DNA of 64,000 nucleotides from Desulfomonilia bacterium (GTDB lineage Bacteria; Desulfobacterota; Desulfomonilia; UBA1062): NCBI GenBank assembly GCA_963664325.2, contig CAXXDQ010000007.1, positions 1 to 64,000 of the forward strand, read 5' to 3'. Shown piece by piece: positions 50,801 to 58,843 of this stretch (position 1 is its first letter; each line of letters starts with the position of its first letter). The notes under the pieces were generated by a model. It saw only the letters and a program-made list of their open reading frames with translations, ran no database searches and was not told where the DNA came from. The position numbers and the translations under genes were made by a program.

Positions 50801-51341
50801 ATATGTTGATCCGGATGGGCAATGGGCAAGAAATGTTCATAAAACACTTACAATACAATGGGCACAAGCTGTACACTTCACACCACATGAAGCTTCAATA
50901 ATCGGCAAAGCCTGTATTGGTGTGGATTCAATTTGGAGAGGCAAGAGTTTTATTCCCCTAATCGGGGAACAGAGCTATCATTTCAATACCGGTGGCGGCG
51001 AATGGAATTCTAAAGAGGACACTAGAAGAATACATACTGAAGAGCATTTGCAGAAAGCTATACAACTGGCATCTATGGATTATTATAGAGCACTAAAGGA
51101 GTTGGGAATAGGGCTCCATGCTTTGCAGGATATTTTTGCTCATGATGAGGAAATGGGTTTGCAGAAAGAAATACTAGATGTGTATTATCATGACCAACCT
51201 GTTTTGGATTTAAAAAAGAATCGGGCGGATGATATTACTGATGTTCCAACACAAGGTAAAGAACGACTTATAATGACAGAAAATGCGACAAGTATTTACT
51301 TGAATCGTTTTCTTGATGCTACAAGTATAGGAGGAGAATGA
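47799..51341 (+). CDS. Rhs part 3: lipoprotein, 3 PKD, beta-propeller, Ig-like domains, Rhs core and C-terminal Zn-PLC/Het-C-like toxin
   Basis: LLLGC; three WDF.NDG repeats; HPSGKKLY and SPNGKKLY blades; YYHYDILGN..PYG..TGKERDETGLDYFGARYYD..GRFLSVDP..NNPYKYVDPDG; C-terminal domain with HALQD..H. Confidence 0.9.
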   Translation: MMNISVNFWKTILIGVILIGNNLLLGCKPTVFINASVENGKPPLEVKFDGFKTKDLGNDIIRYEWDFTNDGSIDSTGIETSHIYDIPGKYSARLVVTDSKGNSSEAKKIITVEPYARPQAVIEMSQQRGEAPLEVVFDGSFSTDEDNDIVTYNWDFDNDGEFEIVGSIKPVKIFESPGEYTVRLLVIDAQGLSSETAATVDATVHKEFQAVIKATPDAGESPLRVEFDGSSSTDNGYDPISSYDWDFDNDGIIDVSNSVTTAHTYDKPGKYTAKLIITDSKGNKAEAVQVIRSYGKERGYIPLYMPGDDFPYKHYLAIFDSSSQSLIETIELPVSASGYAAHPSGKKLYFSHWEDTGEELVTFIDIFDTYTRTIIQSINVGSIGSVNSLAVSPNGKKLYIGTHFGLYSLKLSDNSFNVVLSGGAFYKMAFSRDGGTRLYIVHSFPHGSQYITEIDTSNDRFTREHYVSGYIYGIECYNVGASPNFAQFNDFQPYVYLLTHDSFPAPQQNEQTNYITWVETEFAGNYLSNYVKELLPADGYFNYLASNWNGTRLYTAEQSSENTSSILNIIKIDTADRIMENLMLCDIVTKGGFEYLSGFGVPISDTRLFILSQTNIDPEWDEGDPIITCLSTDTLLLDETIVLPYHLDYGVNNFMVYSLNKISGRILSGGIPLAGYPVVISDGKVTKTSYTDEDGYYTFYMPDGSYDLKFLNDDSLCSVDEMPLNVNGQDIDIPDVAELLHLVCSVSDDVIYRGESTTLSWTTRQAESVKITPSLGQDIGSVDVNGSLDVSPLKKTTYSIQARGNGRSLTKELRVSVLYVAKILEFNSDRTTVYEGESVTLNWVIEDAEEIYLNGEEICDSIGSITVTPGQTESSYTIRARGTTGDYIIRTITISVVPQVVYYHYDILGNTIAQTDDQGRVIMKADFLPYGAAEQDLTGRGTPETRLYTGKERDETGLDYFGARYYDSSLGRFLSVDPAGPDPMNPMSWNRYAYCLNNPYKYVDPDGQWARNVHKTLTIQWAQAVHFTPHEASIIGKACIGVDSIWRGKSFIPLIGEQSYHFNTGGGEWNSKEDTRRIHTEEHLQKAIQLASMDYYRALKELGIGLHALQDIFAHDEEMGLQKEILDVYYHDQPVLDLKKNRADDITDVPTQGKERLIMTENATSIYLNRFLDATSIGGE
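50646..50776 (+). repeat. Rhs core repeat, copy 1
   Basis: 131 bp identical to 52110-52240 and close to the copy at about 54378-54508. Confidence 0.9.
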
Positions 51342-51970
51342 TGCGTCATATCCTGTTCGGTGCAATAGTATTTCTGTTATTGTTGTCAAAAGAGGCATAT
51401 GCATTCATGGATAAAAACTTTCATGTCAGGCCAGTTAATCTAAGAATAATAGATAAAACTTCAGGGGAACCAATAGCAGGGATTCCCATTTACTATGTAT
51501 TACGAACCTGTTGGGCTGACCGTGTGTTATTAATATTTCCGAACCCCGAAGGGACGAGCACCAGAAATTATATAGCAATTGAAAAGAAATCATCTGATTC
51601 ATATGGTGAGGTATATTTTCAGGGTCGTGATGTAAAATTGAGCCGCTGGAAGTCTGAAGAGATGTATGACGAAGAGATTTTTATAAACCTTGATGTAAAA
51701 ACACCAATTAGCGATGATATGGAAGACAGAATGACTATTTTAGAAGCTGTATTCTTAGGAAGTAAATATTATTATAACCCTGTTAGTAAGTACAAAGGAT
51801 TTTTTATCCGTAGCTCCACCTGGGAACTGGATCCAGAAAAGAAGGGTAAAACAAAATATGAGATTTATGATGCCTTATGGAACGGCAAGGGCCTTCTCAA
51901 AAAAGAACCAGAGACATTTGTAGTGGAGCTGGAACGATGGGACTCGCAGGAAAATAATCCATACAAATGA
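51338..51970 (+). CDS. Putative immunity protein 1 (exported)
   Basis: ATGA overlap with the toxin stop; signal peptide; paralogous to 52790 and 53576. Confidence 0.75.
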   Translation: MMRHILFGAIVFLLLLSKEAYAFMDKNFHVRPVNLRIIDKTSGEPIAGIPIYYVLRTCWADRVLLIFPNPEGTSTRNYIAIEKKSSDSYGEVYFQGRDVKLSRWKSEEMYDEEIFINLDVKTPISDDMEDRMTILEAVFLGSKYYYNPVSKYKGFFIRSSTWELDPEKKGKTKYEIYDALWNGKGLLKKEPETFVVELERWDSQENNPYK

Positions 51971-52028
51971 CCTGTAACAGTTCCGATTATTGTCAGAGGG
52001 ATAGTAAAGCGCAATATATCAGGCTATT

Positions 52029-52793
52029 ATGAAAGTGGACTTTTTTCCCTATGGTATAGCCCAGCAGAACCTGACCGGCAGCGGGACACCGGAATCATGC
52101 CTTTATACCGGCAAGGAGCGTGACGAGACCGGACTGGATTATTTCGGGGCCCGTTATTATGACTCGAGCCTGGGCCGCTTCCTGAGCGTCGACCCGGCAG
52201 GGCCCGACCCCATGAATCCGATGTCATGGAACAGGTATGCCTATTGCCTCAATAACCCGTACAAGTACGTAGATCCTGATGGGAGATGGGGGAAGAATGT
52301 TCATTATGATGAAACGTTAAGACGGGCTCAAGCCCTCTTCACAAAGGATGACGCAAAGGTCATAGCTAATGCCTGCAATGGCACTGATAGCATCTGGGGT
52401 GGAATAAGTTACATGCCTCTTATCGGAAAGCAAGGCTTTCATTTTAATACTGGAAATGGAAACTGGAATAGTCCTGATGACACAAGGAAAGCTAATGCAG
52501 AAAAGCAACTTCAGAAGGCAATTGGAATGGCCTTTAACGGATTCTATAATGATGCGCTTAAAGAACTCGGAATCGGTTTGCATGCACTCCAAGATATTTT
52601 TGCCCATAACGAGGAATTCCAAGAGGATAATGGGATCTTCTTCTATCATGACCAACTGCTACTAAATTTGAAACCGAATCTAGCTGATGACATAAAAACT
52701 CAACCCAAACGGCTTGATGATACAAAGGAGGAAACGGATAGATACTTTGATAGATTTAACAAGGCAATAGCTTCGCGGGGATCACTTGGATGA
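52029..52793 (+). CDS. Orphan Rhs core + C-terminal toxin (paralog of the main toxin domain)
   Basis: Starts inside the Rhs core; DPDGRW..H..HFNTG..KELGIGLHALQDIFAH. Confidence 0.85.
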   Translation: MKVDFFPYGIAQQNLTGSGTPESCLYTGKERDETGLDYFGARYYDSSLGRFLSVDPAGPDPMNPMSWNRYAYCLNNPYKYVDPDGRWGKNVHYDETLRRAQALFTKDDAKVIANACNGTDSIWGGISYMPLIGKQGFHFNTGNGNWNSPDDTRKANAEKQLQKAIGMAFNGFYNDALKELGIGLHALQDIFAHNEEFQEDNGIFFYHDQLLLNLKPNLADDIKTQPKRLDDTKEETDRYFDRFNKAIASRGSLG

Positions 52794-53440
52794 AGCTGAA
52801 ATACATATTCCTCATAATTATTATACTGATAGTTTGTGACAGGACAGTGTTTGCTTTCGGAACCGAAGCATTCATTGTCAGATCGGTCACGGTAAAAGTT
52901 ATCGATAAGATCACCGGAAAACCACTTGAAGGGGTACCAGTGTACTATGTATTAAAGTCATATTGGGATAACAGAGTTTTCTTTATCTTGCCGAACCCGG
53001 AAGGGACTCATACCAGAAGCTATCTAGCAATGGAAGAATATGTTACTGATGCAAAAGGTGAGGTAATAATCAAGGGACGTCAGGTAAAATTGCATAAATG
53101 TAAAGGTGAAGAGTTAGAAGAAGAGCAAATTTTTATCAATCTTGAAAATCGTATGCCATTGCCTGGTGATGAGCCTAAAGAGCATAAATATATACTGTTG
53201 GAGAGCTCAGTTATCTATGGGAAAAGAGATCATTATAATCCAATTGTTAATTACAAAGGATTCTTCATCTGCAGTACTACCTGGGCAATGGACCCGAAAG
53301 ACTATGGAGGCAACAAGGGGGAAATTGCGAACGCATTGTGGAATGGAAAAGGTTTATTGAAAAAGGAACCGGAGACATTTCTAATTGAGCTTGAAAGATG
53401 GGAACCCACGGAAACCAAGAAAACGGAACCTGTCAAATAG
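52790..53440 (+). CDS. Putative immunity protein 2 (exported)
   Basis: ATGA overlap with the orphan toxin; shares NPEG, YKGF, ALWNGKGLLKKEPETF. Confidence 0.75.
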   Translation: MKLKYIFLIIIILIVCDRTVFAFGTEAFIVRSVTVKVIDKITGKPLEGVPVYYVLKSYWDNRVFFILPNPEGTHTRSYLAMEEYVTDAKGEVIIKGRQVKLHKCKGEELEEEQIFINLENRMPLPGDEPKEHKYILLESSVIYGKRDHYNPIVNYKGFFICSTTWAMDPKDYGGNKGEIANALWNGKGLLKKEPETFLIELERWEPTETKKTEPVK

Positions 53441-53488
53441 ATTATAAGGATTGAAGACTACCAGGGAGACTCCCAGCTAGAGACTGCC

Positions 53489-53548
53489 AAGGGACGTTGA
53501 TGATTAAATGACAATAAGCTTATTGACGTATATTCATCAGCGTCCCTT
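53489..53548. repeat. 60-nt imperfect palindrome
   Basis: AAGGGACGTTGATGA / TCATCAGCGTCCCTT arms centred on the palindrome CAATAAGCTTATTG. Confidence 0.75.
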
Positions 53549-53575
53549 CTGGGTTCATTTTAAGGAGGTTCGTTG

Positions 53576-54238
53576 ATGCAATTTTCAATTAGCGAAAGGA
53601 TTGGAACTATTTTGAGAAGCGCTTTTATTATGATCCCTTTGGTCATTGTTTGTTATGGGACCCTGGATGCGTGCTGTAACGAAACTGTTGAAATCAGATC
53701 CGTAAAGATAAGGATCATGGATAAATCCACTGGATTGCCGCTGGAAGGCATACCTGTCTATTATGCATTGCAGACATATTGGCCGGAAAGGTTGTTCTAC
53801 ATCTTGAAAAATCCGGAAGGGAATAATGTAACGGTTTATAAGGCGATGGAGGAATACATCTCAGACTCTCAAGGAGAGGTAATGATCCCATCAAGGAAGA
53901 TTGCACTAAACAGATGGAAATCTGAGAAGATCTATGACGAAAATATCTATATAAATGTTGAAAATCGTCTTCAATTTTCAAAAAAAGAATATAATATCGA
54001 AAGTCTCGCATCTGTTCTGCTTTATGGAAAAAAGTATTTTGTAAATCCCATTCCTGAATATAAGGGATATAAAATCCGAAGTACAACTTATGAAATGAAT
54101 CCCAAGGATTATGGAGGCACGAAGTTTGAGATCGCCGATGCTCTATGGAACGGCTATGGCCTTCTTAAAAAAAGGCAAGAGACTTTTGTTGTTGAGCTGG
54201 AAAGATGGGACTCGCAAGAAAATACTTCACACAAATGA
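53576..54238 (+). CDS. Putative immunity protein 3 (orphan paralog)
   Basis: AAGGAGG RBS; same family as 51338 and 52790; no toxin gene directly upstream. Confidence 0.75.
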   Translation: MQFSISERIGTILRSAFIMIPLVIVCYGTLDACCNETVEIRSVKIRIMDKSTGLPLEGIPVYYALQTYWPERLFYILKNPEGNNVTVYKAMEEYISDSQGEVMIPSRKIALNRWKSEKIYDENIYINVENRLQFSKKEYNIESLASVLLYGKKYFVNPIPEYKGYKIRSTTYEMNPKDYGGTKFEIADALWNGYGLLKKRQETFVVELERWDSQENTSHK

Positions 54239-54296
54239 CCTATAGCAGTTCCGATTATTGCCTGAGGGATAGTAAAGCGCAATATATCCGGCTATT

Positions 54297-55097
54297 ATGA
54301 AAGTGGACTTTTTGGCTTAGGGTATAGCCGAGCAGAACCTGACTGGTGGCGGGACTCCTGAAACCCGCCTCTACACAGGCAAGGAATGTGACGAGACCGG
54401 ACTGGATTATTTCGGGGCCCGTTATTATGACTCGAGCTTGGGCCGCTTCCTGCGTGTCGATCCCGCAGGACCTGACCCTATGAATCCGATGTCATGGAAC
54501 AGGTATGCTTACTGCCTGAATAACCCGTACAAGTACGTCGATCCGGATGAAACTTTCTCAGAAGGTATTCAGGAGGAAGGAAGATTTTTATCATATGATG
54601 AAATAAACTCAAAAGGTATCACGTCTGGATTGGGTCACATGAATTTTCCAAATATTGCAAAAGATGGAACCGTATTTGATTTCTATACATTAGATAGGGA
54701 GATTTTTTCTCATCCACGGTTTCTAACGGGAAACAGGTTGCATTTCTTTAATCATTCAGAAGGACTAAGGGAGATGCTTACATATGAAGCGGCATCTCAT
54801 AACAAGCAATTTTTTGAATATTATATGCATATGTGGCAAGATTATTATGTACATTATGCCAATGGATACAGATGGTATACCTATGGGCTTGGACATGCAC
54901 GCGATTCAATTTTTTTCATATTGGGTTTAGGTGCCAACCCTGATGATGATTATGATGCATGGACAATAGCTGCTAAAGAAACAACAAAATTTATTAATAT
55001 TTGGAATAAATCTTCAGAAGACAGAAAAAGTCTTGCCGAGCAGAATAATTATCTTAAGGAGTTTGATAAAAAAATTGGTTCAATACTTAATAAATAG
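54297..55097 (+). pseudogene. Degenerate orphan Rhs core + divergent Het-C/PLC-like toxin domain
   Basis: ATG at 54297 equivalent to 52029; in-frame TAG at 54318; DPDG changed to DPDE; toxin region LHFF..MHMWQDYYVH..GH..PDD. Confidence 0.75.
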
Positions 55098-55136
55098 GAT
55101 TTTTTAGTTTCTCATTATTAATATAAGGGAGGAGTT

Positions 55137-56186
55137 GTGAGTAATCTAATAAGGAATTTGTGGTTATTAATTGCCGGCATTGGATTGCTATTTATTAATG
55201 GGTGCGCTCTTTATCCAAGAGGTATCGGAATATATGAGGTACCATCTTTTGAGAAGAAATTCGTTAAATCAAATAGTTTCTATGATTATATTGTTAGTAT
55301 CAATGAGAAGGAAAAGACCTTTTATACCCTTCAGCCGGATATAAATGGTGTGATACTGTCTTTAATATCATTTGATGGTGAGATCAAATCAAAGGAAATC
55401 ATCAATCTTTCTTTTCCGAGTTATAGAATAAAGACTAGTTTTGCATTATCAGAAAATGGGGAAAGAATTGCTTATTATGATTCAAAAACAAAAAATTTAT
55501 ACCTCCATGACATAAGATCATCAGAGAAAAAAACACTTTTAGAAAAAGATTCTTTTAATGGAGAATCGTTAGAAAAAATAACATTTTTAAATCATGATAA
55601 ATTATTAATAATAATGTTGGATTACCAAACAAACGAAGGAAGTTTGGTATTCTTGAATGTGACAAATAGTAAAGTTGTTACTTCGAGGTCTTTTATAAAT
55701 GGGGCACTACCCAAACTTCCTTCAGACTTCAAATTGTCATCAAACAAAGAACTACTGGCTTTCATGGATTGGAATGATTACGATGGCAAATTTTGTTCCA
55801 GAATATCAGTATATAATTTAATTTTATTTGATGAATTATTATATATTCAATCTGATTTTTGGGGTTCATATTCTTTCAGTCCAGATGAAAAAACATTGGG
55901 ATTTATAAAGGATAACTGTATTACTTTATATTCATTTGATACTAAGCAAATAACTAAGTTTAAACAATTGCCCAAGGGATCTTCCTGTTATCATATGGAT
56001 TTTTTAGATAACAATACAATTGTTTACTTAACTCAAAAGCTTGGTGGTGGACTTTCATCAACACAAAATATTATCACATTAAATATTCAGACTGGAAAGG
56101 AGATGAAATCTCCTACAATTCCAATAAACGGTGACATCTATGTTGTTGATGGAGGCAAAAAGATATTATGCGAAGAGGGATATTGA
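55137..56186 (+). CDS. Beta-propeller lipoprotein, candidate immunity protein
   Basis: Cys after a hydrophobic leader (FINGC); SENGERIAY, SSNKELLAF, FSPDEKTLGF blades; follows the orphan toxin. Confidence 0.7.
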   Translation: MSNLIRNLWLLIAGIGLLFINGCALYPRGIGIYEVPSFEKKFVKSNSFYDYIVSINEKEKTFYTLQPDINGVILSLISFDGEIKSKEIINLSFPSYRIKTSFALSENGERIAYYDSKTKNLYLHDIRSSEKKTLLEKDSFNGESLEKITFLNHDKLLIIMLDYQTNEGSLVFLNVTNSKVVTSRSFINGALPKLPSDFKLSSNKELLAFMDWNDYDGKFCSRISVYNLILFDELLYIQSDFWGSYSFSPDEKTLGFIKDNCITLYSFDTKQITKFKQLPKGSSCYHMDFLDNNTIVYLTQKLGGGLSSTQNIITLNIQTGKEMKSPTIPINGDIYVVDGGKKILCEEGY

Positions 56187-56262
56187 ATGATGATGCTTGT
56201 GAATTGGAACTGACAGGGACCTTTTAATGTGTGACACCACTGGGTATAATAGGATGCAATAT

Positions 56263-56985
56263 ATGAAAAATAAAATCAAGATCTTGACGCTTATAATGCT
56301 AGTTTCGGTGTATAATTGCTGCCTTGGTACCAGTAATGCTGCCAATGTTAAAACAAAAGCTGATACACACAAGAGCTTGATACAATACCATGAGGATAGC
56401 AATAAAAAACCTTTTTATGTTATCTCACAAGATCTAGTTCCGGACGTTAGTTGGCGTAAACGCCTTGGGAGAGCGTTAGTCACCATTTATATTGGAAAAG
56501 GGTATTGGAATGAAGGAGTGGGAACCTTTAAAGAAGCAGGGAGTTTTGGGATAAAAGTATTAATTGCCGCAGCAACAGGTGAAATGGATAATGATGACGG
56601 TACAGCTGCATTCGTTTTGCGACAAATAGGAGTTAAAGGATGTGAAGCAATGATTCAATCGTTGAAAACAGCAATGGCAAGAAATAAGCAACCCGATGTA
56701 TTTTTTATCCAAGAGTTGGGTAATTCAGGCTATAAAAACGCAACAGATGTGCTTTCTCAAGTTTTAAATTATTTTGGGAGTTGGCCAGAGGATAAAGTAC
56801 AAGCCGCAGTTGCATTAGCAAAACTTGGTGATTATAGTGGATCTGGAGTATTAAATAAAATGTATCATACAGAAACAGATGCTGAGTTAAAGAAGTTAAC
56901 AAACGACGGCATAAAGACAATTGAAGAATTGAGATCAAAAGACAAAAGGATCGGTGCAACCTCAAGGGCAGCCATGAAACAATGA
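56263..56985 (+). CDS. Exported HEAT-repeat protein, possible orphan immunity protein
   Basis: Signal-like N-terminus; AAFVLRQIG, IQELGNSG, AAVALAKLGD repeats; start uncertain (56227-56263). Confidence 0.65.
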   Translation: MKNKIKILTLIMLVSVYNCCLGTSNAANVKTKADTHKSLIQYHEDSNKKPFYVISQDLVPDVSWRKRLGRALVTIYIGKGYWNEGVGTFKEAGSFGIKVLIAAATGEMDNDDGTAAFVLRQIGVKGCEAMIQSLKTAMARNKQPDVFFIQELGNSGYKNATDVLSQVLNYFGSWPEDKVQAAVALAKLGDYSGSGVLNKMYHTETDAELKKLTNDGIKTIEELRSKDKRIGATSRAAMKQ

Positions 56986-57070
56986 CATTTGCTCCGATCA
57001 AAACATCCTGTTTTCAGAGAGCCCCCTGGGCGGATGTTGAGTCCTACCGGGGCCTCCGACGGCGCTTGAC

Positions 57071-57212
57071 CAAAAGGTGTCAGTCCTTTAACCTTGATAA
57101 ATTGAGCAAATGTCTCATTATGGCTGCACATGCAAGCAGAACGGTCAGCCTCTTCTGATAATGGAAAAACTTACTCTCTTGACAGCACCCTTTTAATGGA
57201 TGACACCTTTTG
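57071..57212. repeat. 142-bp segment bounded by 12-bp inverted repeats at the right edge of the toxin island
   Basis: CAAAAGGTGTCA (57071-57082) / TGACACCTTTTG (57201-57212). Confidence 0.5.
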
Positions 57213-57234
57213 CTCTCAGATCCCCGCCGCTGCC

Positions 57235-58638
57235 TCAAAGCTCCTTTTGCAACTTGGTCAAAATGAATGAGCCAATCTCAAACAGGTAGTACCCGTTGAA
57301 GATTTTTATGATGGTGGCGGCCAGAACCGAAAAAAGCAGGTTTCCAAAAAAAACGGGCCTTAACATAGGATTGGGTATACCCAGCAATAAGCCAAAGGGA
57401 ATCAGGTTGTCCGAGGATGTGGTGAAGCATCGCCGGATTTCCATTTTCCGTCCGACGTTTTTGAGCGTTGCCTCCGTGCACGTGCCGAGAACCAACGCCG
57501 ATGCCCCCTCACAGTCGATCGGCTGAACATGCTTGCCCACGATCACTTTCAGCGGTCTGCATTTCGACATCGCCTCTTTGTTATGCCTATGGAACATCGC
57601 CAACGACATCTTGACGCCCATCGCGCAACCACTGGGGCAGTGGACCACGCGTCCGGTTTTCGCCTCGATGATCGCCGGCCCCAGATGAAAGCGAATCGGC
57701 GCGCCAATGGCCTTGGCCGTCTCGTTCACATCCTGCCACTCGTTCCAGGCGTAATCATCCGGTTTCAGACGAGAGCGCAAGGCGTCCAGCTCCGCCACCG
57801 AAGTAACGTCGCCAATCAGGTCGATGTCGTCCAGGCCGGAGGGATGGAATCCTCGATTAATGGCCGCTGCAAGGTAGTCTATGTCGGAAGGTGAGAAGCC
57901 GTAAAGACGTGCTCCCACTATGTCCATGGCCAGCGGGTTGGTCCCCATGATTAGCAATCCCAGGTTCCGTTGGTGGGGAGCACCCTCCAGACCCACACCG
58001 GCGTCAATGGCATCCATAACGATAAAGTCGGGGTAACCGACGTTCAATAGATCGACGATCTTCTCTGGGAGTCGATAGTCGTGCCCGATTGCTCTTTCGT
58101 CGTCTGAAAGGATGCCGATGTTGAGTTTTGTTGCACCGGTCACCTGGCAGGAGCCATGGCGTTTCAGCTTGGCAAGATAGATGCGAAAATCCGAACCGGC
58201 CATACGGCGGGAAAGCCTCAGCGTGGAATGAACAATCCCGCCAACGTGGACTGTTTTGCGAGGATCCTCGTCCAGAGCGAAGATATTCAGGTTTTTCAAC
58301 CCCTGTGCTCGAAGCGAGCGGACCATCTTTGTGTAACCGCTGTATTTGTACATTAAGCGCGTCGGTGCGCCGATCGCGGTCTTTTCGCCGATGTCCACCC
58401 GGCTCACGCCTGGTGTATCGTGAAGATTGCGCACTGCCGCCTCCACCACCGATTTGGAAGTATACATTGTCGTTCCGTAACTGTCTTCATCGTGATGGGC
58501 AAAAACGATGTTCGGTTTGACAAAAACCCGCCCTTTTGGTTTTGCACCGAAGGTTTCCATACCTTCGGCGATCAATGCCTGGATTGTCCCCACGTCGTAC
58601 CGGTCGCATCGCTTTATAAGGACCTGTTCTTTCTTCAT
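57235..58638 (-). CDS. DUF362 family protein
   Basis: VFVKPNIV, KLKRH..VTGATKLNIG, MDAIDAGVGLEGAP, GTNPLAMD. Confidence 0.8.
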   Translation of the reverse strand: MKKEQVLIKRCDRYDVGTIQALIAEGMETFGAKPKGRVFVKPNIVFAHHDEDSYGTTMYTSKSVVEAAVRNLHDTPGVSRVDIGEKTAIGAPTRLMYKYSGYTKMVRSLRAQGLKNLNIFALDEDPRKTVHVGGIVHSTLRLSRRMAGSDFRIYLAKLKRHGSCQVTGATKLNIGILSDDERAIGHDYRLPEKIVDLLNVGYPDFIVMDAIDAGVGLEGAPHQRNLGLLIMGTNPLAMDIVGARLYGFSPSDIDYLAAAINRGFHPSGLDDIDLIGDVTSVAELDALRSRLKPDDYAWNEWQDVNETAKAIGAPIRFHLGPAIIEAKTGRVVHCPSGCAMGVKMSLAMFHRHNKEAMSKCRPLKVIVGKHVQPIDCEGASALVLGTCTEATLKNVGRKMEIRRCFTTSSDNLIPFGLLLGIPNPMLRPVFFGNLLFSVLAATIIKIFNGYYLFEIGSFILTKLQKEL

Positions 58639-58687
58639 TCAACCCCCTTACATCATAGAATTATCGCCACTGAATCAAACAGGCATT

Positions 58688-58843
58688 TTTCATGTAGATG
58701 TTGAGCCAAATCTCGTTTTCCTCGGAGCCTGGGATGGAGACTTTATTCTCAGTGGTAGGGATGATAATCGTCTTACCAGAAGCGGAAGGCTAGAACTCCT
58801 TGCTCGCGTCCATCTTGATGATTAGGATATCGCCATCCAGTTC
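58688..58843 (-). pseudogene. Remnant of a small conserved hypothetical protein
   Basis: Manual translation ELDGDILIIKMDASKEF*PSASGKTIIIPTTENKVSIPGSEENEIWLNIYMK with internal TAG at 58790-58792; no start codon. Confidence 0.55.

Noticed and set aside
54318-54320. In-frame TAG as pyrrolysine or readthrough
   Set aside because: It replaces a Tyr codon (TAC/TAT) of the paralogs amid other degenerative changes; no pyl genes in the window
50564-54550. Repeats as a CRISPR array or a diversity-generating retroelement TR/VR pair
   Set aside because: They are coding Rhs core copies kilobases apart; no cas or reverse transcriptase gene, and differences are not adenine-specific
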